Source: Escherichia coli
GTDB taxonomy: Bacteria > Pseudomonadota > Gammaproteobacteria > Enterobacterales > Enterobacteriaceae
Direction: 5' to 3' (one strand)
Length of the DNA: 64,000 nucleotides
NCBI RefSeq assembly: GCF_003790525.1
Contig: NZ_CP033635.1
The translations under genes and the position numbers were made by a program. Of the stretch, positions 55,017-64,000 are shown piece after piece; positions within the stretch are counted from its first letter, which is position 1; the number at the start of each line of letters is the position of its first letter. The notes under the pieces were generated by a model. It had not been told where the DNA came from. It saw only the letters and a list, made by a program, of their open reading frames with translations, and made no database searches.

Positions 55017-56453
55017 ATGTCAAACAACATTCGTATCGAAGAAGATCTGTTGGGTACCAGGGAAGTTCCAGCTGATGCCTACTATGGTGTTCACACTCTG
55101 AGAGCGATTGAAAACTTCTATATCAGCAACAACAAAATCAGTGATATTCCTGAATTTGTTCGCGGTATGGTAATGGTTAAAAAAGCCGCAGCTATGGCAA
55201 ACAAAGAGCTGCAAACCATTCCTAAAAGTGTAGCGAATGCCATCATTGCCGCATGTGATGAAGTCCTGAACAACGGAAAATGCATGGATCAGTTCCCGGT
55301 AGACGTCTACCAGGGCGGCGCAGGTACTTCCGTAAACATGAACACCAACGAAGTGCTGGCCAATATCGGTCTGGAACTGATGGGTCACCAGAAAGGTGAA
55401 TATCAGTACCTGAACCCGAACGACCATGTTAACAAATGTCAGTCCACTAACGACGCCTACCCGACCGGTTTCCGTATCGCAGTTTACTCTTCCCTGATTA
55501 AGCTGGTAGATGCGATTAACCAACTGCGTGAAGGCTTTGAACGTAAAGCTGTCGAATTCCAGGACATCCTGAAAATGGGTCGTACACAGCTGCAGGACGC
55601 AGTACCGATGACCCTCGGCCAGGAATTCCGCGCTTTCAGCATCCTGCTGAAAGAAGAAGTTAAAAACATCCAACGTACCGCTGAACTGCTGCTGGAAGTT
55701 AACCTTGGCGCAACAGCAATCGGTACTGGTCTGAACACGCCGAAAGAGTACTCTCCGCTGGCAGTGAAAAAACTGGCTGAAGTCACTGGCTTCCCATGCG
55801 TACCGGCTGAAGACCTGATCGAAGCGACCTCTGACTGCGGCGCTTATGTTATGGTTCACGGCGCGCTGAAACGCCTGGCTGTGAAGATGTCCAAAATCTG
55901 TAACGACCTGCGCTTGCTCTCTTCTGGCCCACGTGCCGGCCTGAACGAGATCAACCTGCCGGAACTGCAGGCGGGCTCTTCCATCATGCCAGCTAAAGTA
56001 AACCCGGTTGTTCCGGAAGTGGTTAACCAGGTATGCTTCAAAGTCATCGGTAACGACACCACTGTTACCATGGCAGCAGAAGCAGGTCAGCTGCAGTTGA
56101 ACGTTATGGAGCCGGTCATTGGCCAGGCCATGTTTGAATCCGTTCACATTCTGACCAACGCTTGCTACAACCTGCTGGAAAAATGCATTAACGGCATCAC
56201 TGCTAACAAAGAAGTGTGCGAAGGTTACGTTTACAACTCTATCGGTATCGTTACTTACCTGAACCCGTTCATCGGTCACCACAACGGTGACATCGTGGGT
56301 AAAATCTGTGCCGAAACCGGTAAGAGTGTACGTGAAGTCGTTCTGGAACGCGGTCTGTTGACTGAAGCGGAACTTGACGATATTTTCTCCGTACAGAATC
56401 TGATGCACCCGGCTTACAAAGCAAAACGCTATACTGATGAAAGCGAACAGTAA
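55017..56453 (+). CDS. aspA: aspartate ammonia-lyase AspA
   Basis: ORF 54972..56453 trimmed to [30 protein letters not shown] (478 aa); [10 protein letters not shown] signature. Confidence 0.97.
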
Positions 56454-56467
56454 TCGTACAGGGTAGT

Positions 56468-56496
56468 ACAAATAAAGAAGGCACGTCAGATGACGT
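56468..56496 (+). terminator. aspA intrinsic terminator
   Basis: ggcacgtc-agat-gacgtgcc hairpin followed by tttttt. Confidence 0.85.
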
Positions 56497-56570
56497 GCCT
56501 TTTTTCTTGTGAGCAGTAACTTAAAAATAACAATCTAATATCAACTTGTTAAAAAACAAGGAAGGCTAAT

Positions 56571-57872
56571 ATGCTAGTTGTAGAACTCATCATAGTTTTG
56601 CTGGCGATCTTCTTGGGCGCCAGATTGGGGGGAATAGGTATTGGTTTTGCAGGCGGATTGGGGGTGCTGGTTCTTGCCGCTATTGGCGTTAAACCCGGTA
56701 ACATCCCGTTCGATGTCATTTCCATTATCATGGCGGTTATCGCCGCTATTTCTGCCATGCAGGTTGCTGGCGGTCTGGACTATCTGGTTCATCAGACAGA
56801 AAAGCTGCTGCGCCGTAACCCGAAATACATCACGATCCTCGCACCGATCGTGACCTATTTCCTGACTATCTTTGCTGGTACTGGCAACATCTCTCTGGCG
56901 ACACTGCCAGTTATCGCTGAAGTTGCGAAGGAACAAGGCGTTAAACCTTGCCGTCCGCTGTCTACTGCAGTGGTATCCGCGCAGATTGCGATCACCGCAT
57001 CGCCAATCTCAGCAGCAGTGGTTTACATGTCTTCCGTGATGGAAGGTCATGGCATCAGCTACCTCCATCTGCTCTCCGTGGTCATCCCGTCCACCCTGCT
57101 GGCGGTTCTGGTGATGTCCTTCCTGGTCACTATGCTGTTCAACTCCAAACTCTCTGACGATCCGATTTATCGCAAGCGTCTGGAAGAGGGCCTGGTTGAA
57201 CTGCGCGGTGAAAAGCAGATTGAAATCAAATCCGGTGCAAAAACGTCCGTCTGGCTGTTCCTGCTGGGCGTAGTTGGCGTGGTTATCTATGCAATCATCA
57301 ACAGCCCAAGCATGGGTCTGGTTGAAAAACCGCTGATGAACACCACCAACGCAATCCTGATCATCATGCTCAGCGTTGCAACTCTGACCACCGTTATCTG
57401 TAAAGTCGATACCGACAACATCCTCAACTCCAGCACCTTCAAAGCAGGTATGAGCGCCTGTATTTGTATCCTGGGTGTTGCGTGGCTGGGCGATACTTTC
57501 GTTTCCAACAACATCGACTGGATCAAAGATACCGCTGGTGAAGTGATTCAGGGTCATCCGTGGCTGCTGGCCGTCATCTTCTTCTTTGCTTCTGCTCTGC
57601 TGTACTCTCAGGCTGCAACCGCAAAAGCACTGATGCCGATGGCTCTGGCACTGAACGTTTCTCCGCTGACCGCTGTTGCTTCTTTCGCTGCGGTGTCTGG
57701 TCTGTTCATTCTGCCGACCTACCCGACGCTGGTTGCTGCGGTACAGATGGATGACACGGGTACTACCCGTATCGGTAAATTCGTCTTCAACCATCCGTTC
57801 TTCATCCCGGGTACTCTGGGTGTTGCCCTGGCCGTTTGCTTCGGCTTCGTGCTGGGTAGCTTCATGCTGTAA
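56571..57872 (+). CDS. dcuA: anaerobic C4-dicarboxylate transporter DcuA
   Basis: 433-aa polytopic ORF MLVVELIIVLLAIFLGARLGGIGIGFAGGLGVL. Confidence 0.96.
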   Translation: MLVVELIIVLLAIFLGARLGGIGIGFAGGLGVLVLAAIGVKPGNIPFDVISIIMAVIAAISAMQVAGGLDYLVHQTEKLLRRNPKYITILAPIVTYFLTIFAGTGNISLATLPVIAEVAKEQGVKPCRPLSTAVVSAQIAITASPISAAVVYMSSVMEGHGISYLHLLSVVIPSTLLAVLVMSFLVTMLFNSKLSDDPIYRKRLEEGLVELRGEKQIEIKSGAKTSVWLFLLGVVGVVIYAIINSPSMGLVEKPLMNTTNAILIIMLSVATLTTVICKVDTDNILNSSTFKAGMSACICILGVAWLGDTFVSNNIDWIKDTAGEVIQGHPWLLAVIFFFASALLYSQAATAKALMPMALALNVSPLTAVASFAAVSGLFILPTYPTLVAAVQMDDTGTTRIGKFVFNHPFFIPGTLGVALAVCFGFVLGSFML

Positions 57873-57881
57873 TGATCAATC

Positions 57882-57908
57882 GCGGGGCGTTCACGCCCCG
57901 CTTTCTTT
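57882..57908 (+). terminator. dcuA intrinsic terminator
   Basis: gcggggcg-ttca-cgccccgc hairpin followed by tttcttt. Confidence 0.8.
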
Positions 57909-57987
57909 CCCGCCGACTAACATCCTTCCCCCGTCCGTTGTATAGTGACCTCTCTCTTGCGGTTCCATCTGTTCTTGCGAGGTGTTT

Positions 57988-58326
57988 ATGCTTGATGAAA
58001 AAAGTTCGAATACCGCGTCTGTCGTGGTGCTATGTACCGCACCGGATGAAGCGACAGCCCAGGATTTAGCCGCCAAAGTGCTGGCGGAAAAACTGGCGGC
58101 CTGCGCGACCTTGATCCCCGGCGCTACCTCTCTCTATTACTGGGAAGGTAAGCTGGAGCAAGAATACGAAGTGCAGATGATTTTAAAAACTACCGTATCT
58201 CACCAGCAGGCACTGCTGGAATGCCTGAAGTCTCATCATCCATATCAAACCCCGGAACTTCTGGTTTTACCTGTTACACACGGAGACACAGATTACCTCT
58301 CATGGCTCAACGCATCTTTACGCTGA
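57988..58326 (+). CDS. cutA: divalent-cation tolerance protein CutA
   Basis: ORF 57982..58326; [45 protein letters not shown] (112 aa). Confidence 0.94.
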
Positions 58327-59999
58327 TCCTGCTACTTTGCAGCACTTCCGTTTTTGCCGGATTATTCGACGCGCCGGGACGTTCACAATTTGTCCCCGCG
58401 GATCAAGCCTTTGCTTTTGATTTTCAGCAAAAGCAACATGACCTTAATCTGACCTGGCAGATCAAAGACGGTTACTACCTCTACCGTAAACAGATCCGCA
58501 TTACGCCGGAACACGCGAAAATTGCCGACGTGCAGCTGCCACAAGGCGTCTGGCATGAAGATGAGTTTTACGGCAAAAGCGAGATTTACCGCGATCGGCT
58601 GACGCTTCCCGTAACCATCAACCAGGCGAGTGCGGGAGCGACGTTAACTGTCACCTACCAGGGCTGTGCTGATGCCGGTTTCTGTTATCCGCCAGAAACC
58701 AAAACCGTTCCGTTAAGCGAAGTGGTCGCCAACAACGCAGCGTCACAGCCTGTGTCTGTTCCGCAGCAAGAGCAGCACACCGCGCAATTGCCCTTTTCCG
58801 CGCTCTGGGCGTTGTTGATCGGTATTGGTATCGCCTTTACGCCATGCGTGCTGCCAATGTACCCTCTGATTTCTGGTATCGTGCTGGGCGGTAAACAGCG
58901 GCTCTCCACTGCCAGAGCATTGTTGCTGACCTTTATTTATGTGCAGGGGATGGCACTGACTTACACGGCGCTGGGTCTGGTAGTTGCCGCCGCAGGGTTA
59001 CAGTTCCAGGCGGCGCTACAGCACCCATACGTGCTCATTGGCCTCGCTATCGTCTTTACCTTGCTGGCGATGTCAATGTTTGGCTTGTTTACCCTGCAAC
59101 TCCCCTCTTCGCTGCAAACGCGCCTCACGCTGATGAGCAATCGCCAACAGGGCGGCTCACCTGGCGGTGTGTTTGTTATGGGAGCGATTGCCGGACTGAT
59201 CTGTTCACCATGCACCACCGCACCGCTTAGCGCGATTCTGTTGTATATCGCCCAAAGCGGGAACATGTGGCTGGGGGGCGGCACGCTTTATCTCTATGCG
59301 TTGGGCATGGGCCTGCCGCTGATGCTAATAACCGTCTTTGGTAACCGCCTGCTGCCGAAAAGCGGCCCGTGGATGGAACAAGTCAAAACCGCGTTTGGTT
59401 TTGTGATCCTCGCACTGCCGGTCTTCCTGCTGGAGCGAGTGATTGGTGATATATGGGGATTACGCTTGTGGTCGGCGCTTGGTGTCGCATTCTTTGGCTG
59501 GGCCTTTATCACCAGCCTACAGGCCAAACGCGGCTGGATGCGCGTGGTGCAAATAATCCTGCTGGCAGCGGCATTGGTTAGCGTGCGCCCACTTCAGGAT
59601 TGGGCATTTGGTGCGACGCATACCGTGCAAACTCAGACGCATCTCAACTTTACACAAATCAAAACGGTAGATGAGTTAAATCAGGCGCTCGTTGAAGCCA
59701 AAGGCAAACCAGTGATGTTAGATCTCTATGCCGACTGGTGCGTCGCCTGTAAAGAGTTTGAGAAATACACCTTCAGCGACCCGCAGGTGCAAAAAGCGTT
59801 AGCAGACACGGTCTTACTTCAGGCTAACGTCACTGCCAACGACGCCCAAGATGTGGCGCTGTTAAAGCATCTTAATGTCCTTGGCCTACCGACAATTCTC
59901 TTTTTTGACGGACAAGGCCAGGAGCATCCACAAGAACGCGTCACGGGCTTTATGGATGCTGAAACCTTCAGCGCACATTTGCGCGATCGCCAACCGTGA
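58302..59999 (+). CDS. dsbD: thiol:disulfide interchange protein DsbD
   Basis: ORF 58221..59999 trimmed to [20 protein letters not shown] (565 aa); C-terminal thioredoxin CVAC motif; 25-bp overlap with cutA. Confidence 0.95.
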
Positions 60000-60035
60000 A
60001 CGACACTTGCAGTGGGAAAGACGGAGGAAAATAGC

Positions 60036-60611
60036 GTGCAACGTGAAGATGTACTGGGAGAAGCCCTGAAATTATTAGAATTACAAGGGATTGCCAACAC
60101 CACGCTGGAGATGGTTGCTGAACGTGTGGATTATCCACTGGACGAGCTGCGCCGCTTCTGGCCAGACAAAGAGGCAATCCTCTACGATGCGCTGCGTTAT
60201 CTTAGCCAACAGATAGATGCCTGGCGTCGTCAGCTGATGCTGGACGAAACGCAAACCGCCGAACAAAAGTTGCTGGCACGTTATCAGGCGTTATCGGAGT
60301 GCGTTAAAAACAACCGCTATCCGGGCTGTCTGTTTATCGCTGCCTGTACGTTTTATCCCGATCCTGGCCACCCTATTCATCAACTAGCCGATCAGCAAAA
60401 AAGCGCGGCCTACGATTTCACCCACGAACTGTTAACCACGCTGGAAGTTGACGATCCGGCGATGGTAGCAAAGCAGATGGAACTGGTGCTGGAAGGCTGT
60501 TTAAGCCGAATGCTGGTGAATCGTAGCCAGGCGGATGTCGACACCGCACATCGGCTGGCGGAAGATATCCTGCGCTTCGCCCGCTGCCGCCAGGGTGGCG
60601 CACTGACCTGA
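60036..60611 (+). CDS. yjdC: TetR-family transcriptional regulator YjdC
   Basis: ORF 60012..60611; GTG start at 60036 gives 191 aa (V)[30 protein letters not shown]. Confidence 0.85.
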   Translation: MQREDVLGEALKLLELQGIANTTLEMVAERVDYPLDELRRFWPDKEAILYDALRYLSQQIDAWRRQLMLDETQTAEQKLLARYQALSECVKNNRYPGCLFIAACTFYPDPGHPIHQLADQQKSAAYDFTHELLTTLEVDDPAMVAKQMELVLEGCLSRMLVNRSQADVDTAHRLAEDILRFARCRQGGALT

Positions 60612-60678
60612 CAGAAACACAGAAAAGAAGCGATTTGCCGCAATCTTAAGCAGTTGAATCGCTTTTACTGAAATTAGG

Positions 60679-60707
60679 TTGACGAGATGTGCAGATTACG
60701 GTTTAAT
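60679..60707 (+). promoter_or_regulatory. pheU promoter
   Basis: TTGACG -35, 17-bp spacer, TTTAAT -10, ending 10 bp before the mature tRNA 5' end. Confidence 0.7.
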
Positions 60708-60717
60708 GCGCCCCGTT

Positions 60718-60793
60718 GCCCGGATAGCTCAGTCGGTAGAGCAGGGGATTGAAAATCCCCGTGTCCTTGGTTCGATTCCGAGTCCGGGCACCA
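60718..60793 (+). tRNA. pheU: tRNA-Phe (anticodon GAA)
   Basis: GCCCGGATAGCTCAGTCGGTAGAGCAGGGGATTGAAAATCCCCGTGTCCTTGGTTCGATTCCGAGTCCGGGCACCA; pheU rather than pheV because of the yjdC/dsbD context. Confidence 0.96.
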
Positions 60794-60868
60794 CTTTCAC
60801 TTCCAGATTCATCTCCCGAACTCCACGAAACTCAAGTATAATCACATCGTTACAAGCAATCTGAACAT

Positions 60869-60899
60869 CCTGAACTCCACCGAACTCTACTGAACTCTC
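60869..60899 (+). repeat. three tandem 10-bp direct repeats (tgaactccac / cgaactctac / tgaactctct) in the integrase leader
   Basis: Read directly; 10-bp periodicity; a fourth copy (gaactccac) at 60818; consensus TATAAT hexamer at 60837..60842. Confidence 0.6.
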
Positions 60900-60969
60900 T
60901 CTCAATCAAGCGTTCATTGGGGGCACCGGTGGGGGCTCATTGTGTTCAGTCAGTTTCAGGAGCCCCCAT

Positions 60970-62154
60970 ATGGCACTTACAGCCAGACAGGTCGAAACAG
61001 CCAGACCTAAAGAAAAAGACTATAAACTCTCTGACGAACGTGGTTTATATCTGCTGGTAAAAACCACGGGTGCCCGCTACTGGCGGCTTAAATACCGGAT
61101 AGCAGGAAAAGAGAAAAAACTGGCCCTCGGCGTCTATCCCGACGTCTCCCTTGCTGAAGCCAGAATCAAACGCGACGATGCCCGAAAAATTATCTCCGAA
61201 GGTGGCGACCCGGGCGAAAAGAAGCGAAAGGAAAAACTCACTCAGAAAATCTCTGCCACCAATACGTTCCATGCCCTTGCTACGGAATGGCATCAGCATA
61301 AATCTTTGTCATGGTCTGAAAGTTACGCCAGAAGCGTACTGGAGGCTCTGGATAAAGATATTTTCCCGTATCTGGGCAAACGAAGCGTTACTGATATCCT
61401 CCCGCTGGAAATGCTGGAAATTCTGCGCCGCATAGAAAAACGTGGCTCGCTGGAAAAACTTCGTAAGGTGCGTCAATACTGTAATCAGATTTTTCGTTAT
61501 GCCATCGCCACCGGACGAGCCACTGTCAATCCGGCATCTGAACTGACCAGTACGCTGGCGGCGCCAAAAGCTGCACATTTCCCCCACCTGAGAGCAGATG
61601 AGCTCCCTGTTTTTCTCCGGAAGCTCGCTGAATATCATGGCAGTCCTGTTACCCGCATGGCGACAAATCTGCTGCTTCTGACAGGCCTCAGAACGATTGA
61701 ACTACGGTCCGCTGAATGGTCAGAAATTGATTTTGATAATGCCCTGTGGACAATCCCTGAAAGCCGCATGAAAATGCGACGTAAACATGTCGTACCACTG
61801 TCACGACAGGCCACTGACATTCTGCTGCAGCTCAAAACTTTCTCCGGACAATACCGGCTGGTTTTCCCGGGACGTTGTGATATCAACAAGCCAATGAGCG
61901 AAGCCAGCATCAATATGGTGCTCAAACGTATCGGTTACGATGGCAGGGCAACCGGTCATGGTTTTCGTCACACCATGAGTACCATTCTGCACGAACAGGG
62001 CTTTAATTCTGCCTGGATTGAAATGCAGTTAGCTCATGTGGATAAAAATTCCATCAGGGGTACCTATAATCATGCCCTGTATCTCGATGGTCGCCGTGAA
62101 ATGATGCAATGGTACGCTGACTACATTGATTCACTTTCCATCCAGGAGAGTTAA
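60970..62154 (+). CDS. P4-type tyrosine integrase (phage/genomic-island integrase)
   Basis: ORF 60940..62154 trimmed to MALTARQVETARPKEKDYKLSDERGLYLLVKTTGARYWRLKYR; C-terminal catalytic region HGFRHT...LAHV...Y; directly 3' of a tRNA gene. Confidence 0.9.
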   Translation: MALTARQVETARPKEKDYKLSDERGLYLLVKTTGARYWRLKYRIAGKEKKLALGVYPDVSLAEARIKRDDARKIISEGGDPGEKKRKEKLTQKISATNTFHALATEWHQHKSLSWSESYARSVLEALDKDIFPYLGKRSVTDILPLEMLEILRRIEKRGSLEKLRKVRQYCNQIFRYAIATGRATVNPASELTSTLAAPKAAHFPHLRADELPVFLRKLAEYHGSPVTRMATNLLLLTGLRTIELRSAEWSEIDFDNALWTIPESRMKMRRKHVVPLSRQATDILLQLKTFSGQYRLVFPGRCDINKPMSEASINMVLKRIGYDGRATGHGFRHTMSTILHEQGFNSAWIEMQLAHVDKNSIRGTYNHALYLDGRREMMQWYADYIDSLSIQES

Positions 62155-62196
62155 TTACACTTTGTCCTGAAATTATTCTCACAATCAATAACCTTT

Positions 62197-62221
62197 CCCT
62201 CTGATCTGTAAGATCAGAGGG
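62197..62221. promoter_or_regulatory. perfect 10-bp inverted repeat (ccctctgatc-tgtaa-gatcagaggg) between integrase and regulator
   Basis: Read directly; no adjacent U-tract, so either a protein-binding palindrome or a non-canonical terminator. Confidence 0.5.
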
Positions 62222-62303
62222 ATTCCGTTAACTTACAATAAGTGATATTGGTTGTCTGGAGATTTAGGGGGACGGTCTACTATAATAATTAGCAGGAGAT
62301 AAT

Positions 62304-63314
62304 ATGTCACTTAAGGCGATTGCCACTGCACTCGGAGTTTCTGTCACCACTGTCAGTCGGGCTCTTGGAGGCTATGCAGATGTGTCAGCTTCCACCCGTG
62401 CACGGGTGGAAGCTGAAGCTCGTCGACGCGGTTACCGTCCTAATACTCAGGCAAGAAGACTCAAAACCGGTAAAACCGATGCTGTCGGTCTGGTTTATCC
62501 TGGACGTGATGTGCCATTTAACAGTGGTGTTTTTATGGATATGGTCAGTTGCATCAGCCGGGAACTTGCTCACCATGATATTGACTTACTACTGATAGCT
62601 GATGATGAGCATGCCGATTGCCACAGCTATATGCGGCTTGTTGAAAGTCGCAGGGTTGATGCTCTCATCATTGCACACACTCTGGATGACGATCCCCGTA
62701 TCACACACCTTCATAAAGCAGGTATTCCATTTCTGGCTCTTGGTCGGGTACCATCTGGTCTGCCCTGTGCGTGGTTTGACTTTGATAATCATGCCGGGAC
62801 TGGACAGGCAACCCAGAAACTGATTGCTTTGGGACATAAACGTATTGCATTGTTGAGTGAAGACACTTCACATAGCTATGTTGTTGCAAGACGTCAGGGA
62901 TGGCTTGATGCACTGAATGAGCATGAACTGGAAGATACATGGCTGCGGCTGGTTTCTCCCACACGGCGAGCAGGATATCAGGCCGTGATGGAGTTAATGT
63001 CACTACCGATACCACCAACAGCTATTATTACTGACAATGACCTGAGTGGAGATGGTGCTGCCATGGCACTGCAGTTGAGCGGTCGTCTTTCAGGAAAAGA
63101 TGCGGTATCTCTGGTTGTATATGATGGTTTGCCACAGGACAGTATTATTGAGCTGGATGTGGCTGCAGTTATTCAGTCAACACGAAGCCTCGTTGGTCGC
63201 CAGATTTCCGAGATGATATATCAGATAATTACTGATTCATCATCAAAACCACTACAGGTTGTCTGGAACCCGGTATTTTATCCGGGAAAGACGATTCATC
63301 CTCCTTGCTCCTGA
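62304..63314 (+). CDS. LacI-family transcriptional repressor (RafR-like)
   Basis: 336-aa ORF MSLKAIATALGVSVTTVSRALGGYADVSASTRARVEAEARRRGYRPNTQARRL, N-terminal HTH plus periplasmic-binding-protein-like fold. Confidence 0.85.
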   Translation: MSLKAIATALGVSVTTVSRALGGYADVSASTRARVEAEARRRGYRPNTQARRLKTGKTDAVGLVYPGRDVPFNSGVFMDMVSCISRELAHHDIDLLLIADDEHADCHSYMRLVESRRVDALIIAHTLDDDPRITHLHKAGIPFLALGRVPSGLPCAWFDFDNHAGTGQATQKLIALGHKRIALLSEDTSHSYVVARRQGWLDALNEHELEDTWLRLVSPTRRAGYQAVMELMSLPIPPTAIITDNDLSGDGAAMALQLSGRLSGKDAVSLVVYDGLPQDSIIELDVAAVIQSTRSLVGRQISEMIYQIITDSSSKPLQVVWNPVFYPGKTIHPPCS

Positions 63315-63337
63315 TTTTTTTATCCAGCTCACATATC

Positions 63338-63372
63338 CGAAACGTTTTGGTTGATACCCGAAACGTTTCGGA
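63338..63372 (+). promoter_or_regulatory. twin palindromic operators flanking a TTGATA -35-like hexamer
   Basis: ccgaaacgttttgg (63338..63351) and perfect palindrome ccgaaacgtttcgg (63359..63372), centres 21 bp apart, with ttgata between them. Confidence 0.75.
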
Positions 63373-63409
63373 TCAACAGTAAGGCATCCCTGAGAAAGGA
63401 GAATGTCTT

Positions 63410-64000
63410 ATGGTTTCAAAGTACTGCAGACTGAGCAGTCCTCGCTCTGATTTAATTATTAAAACCCGTCCACATGCAGAAATTATCTGGTGGGGCTCTG
63501 CACTGAAACATTTCTCACCGGATGACTGTGCCAGCCTGGAAAGACCGGTTGCGAATGGTCGTCTGGATATTGATACGCCACTAACACTGATGGCTGAAAA
63601 TGCCCTGGGACTTTTTAGCTCTCCGGGACTGGAAGGACACAGGAATGGGCTGGATGCATCTCCTGTTTTTTATACAGTTGACGTGGAACATACCGAAAAC
63701 ACTCTGAGACTTACCAGTGAAGATTCGGTAGCCGGCCTGCGTCTGGTCAGCGAGCTGGTGATGACGCCATCAGGAATTCTGAAAGTTCGTCATGCACTGA
63801 CCAACCTCAGAGAGGGGGACTGGCAGATAAATCGTTTCGCCATCACTTTACCTTTAGCGGAACGTGCGGAAGAAGTCATGGCTTTTCACGGACGCTGGAC
63901 TCGTGAATTTCAGCCGCACAGGGTACGTCTCACTCATGATGCTTTTGTTCTGGAAAATCGCAGAGGGCGGACATCTCATGAGCATTTTCCGGCGCTGATT
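63410..64000 (+). CDS. GH36 alpha-galactosidase (RafA-like), N-terminal 197 codons; continues beyond window end
   Basis: Manual translation MVSKYCRLSSPRSDLIIKTRPHAEIIWWGSALKHF...ENRRGRTSHEHFPALI, open to window edge; not in ORF track because it has no stop. Confidence 0.7.
   Translation, partial: MVSKYCRLSSPRSDLIIKTRPHAEIIWWGSALKHFSPDDCASLERPVANGRLDIDTPLTLMAENALGLFSSPGLEGHRNGLDASPVFYTVDVEHTENTLRLTSEDSVAGLRLVSELVMTPSGILKVRHALTNLREGDWQINRFAITLPLAERAEEVMAFHGRWTREFQPHRVRLTHDAFVLENRRGRTSHEHFPALI

Noticed and set aside
55020-56471. 483-aa ORF antisense to aspA, and similar long antisense ORFs opposite groEL (51117..52403), purA (17457..18671), frdA (42052..42996), psd (33334..34359), ulaA (2098..2952) and hflC/hflK/hflX
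   Set aside because: Each lies entirely within and opposite a well-supported conserved gene; their translations are low-complexity and rich in Arg/His/Cys/Phe, typical of the reverse frame of GC-rich coding sequence; no RBS or independent start context. Treated as frame artifacts.
60794-64000. Possibility that the island cargo is a defence system (P4-like integrase hotspots often carry antiphage systems)
   Set aside because: The only cargo visible in the window is a LacI-type repressor and an alpha-galactosidase, a sugar-catabolism module; nothing in the visible 3 kb resembles nucleases, ATPases or other defence components. Whether defence genes lie further downstream cannot be judged from this window.

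Overview
This window is an Escherichia coli-type chromosomal segment spanning the ula (L-ascorbate) locus through pheU, in inverted orientation relative to K-12 numbering. Almost all of it is conserved, well-characterised core genome; I found no convincing undescribed multi-gene system in that core. Gene identities and start codons were assigned by reading the supplied ORF translations against remembered protein N-termini and lengths; no database search was possible. Gene order: ulaEDCBA (minus), ulaG, ulaR, yjfP, bsmA, yjfN, aidB, yjfC-yjfM-yjfL-yjfK-yjfJ-yjfI, rlmB, rnr, nsrR, purA, yjeT, hflC, hflK, hflX, hfq, miaA, mutL, amiB, tsaE, nnr, queG, three tRNA-Gly(GCC), orn, rsgA, psd, mscM, yjeO, yjeN, yjeM, epmA, frdABCD, ampC, blc, gdx, ecnB, ecnA, efp, epmB, yjeJ, yjeI, groEL, groES, yjeH, fxsA, aspA, dcuA, cutA, dsbD, yjdC, pheU. 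The only clear accessory DNA is the last ~3.2 kb: a P4-type tyrosine integrase directly 3' of tRNA-Phe, then a LacI-family regulator, twin palindromic operators and the start of a GH36 alpha-galactosidase (raf-like), cut off by the window end. A second non-core feature is a 121-bp insertion inside the tRNA-Gly array relative to my recollection of K-12 spacing. Also visible in sequence are a guanidine-II (mini-ykkC) riboswitch upstream of gdx, the frd terminator/ampC attenuator, the groE sigma-32 promoter, REP elements and several intrinsic terminators.
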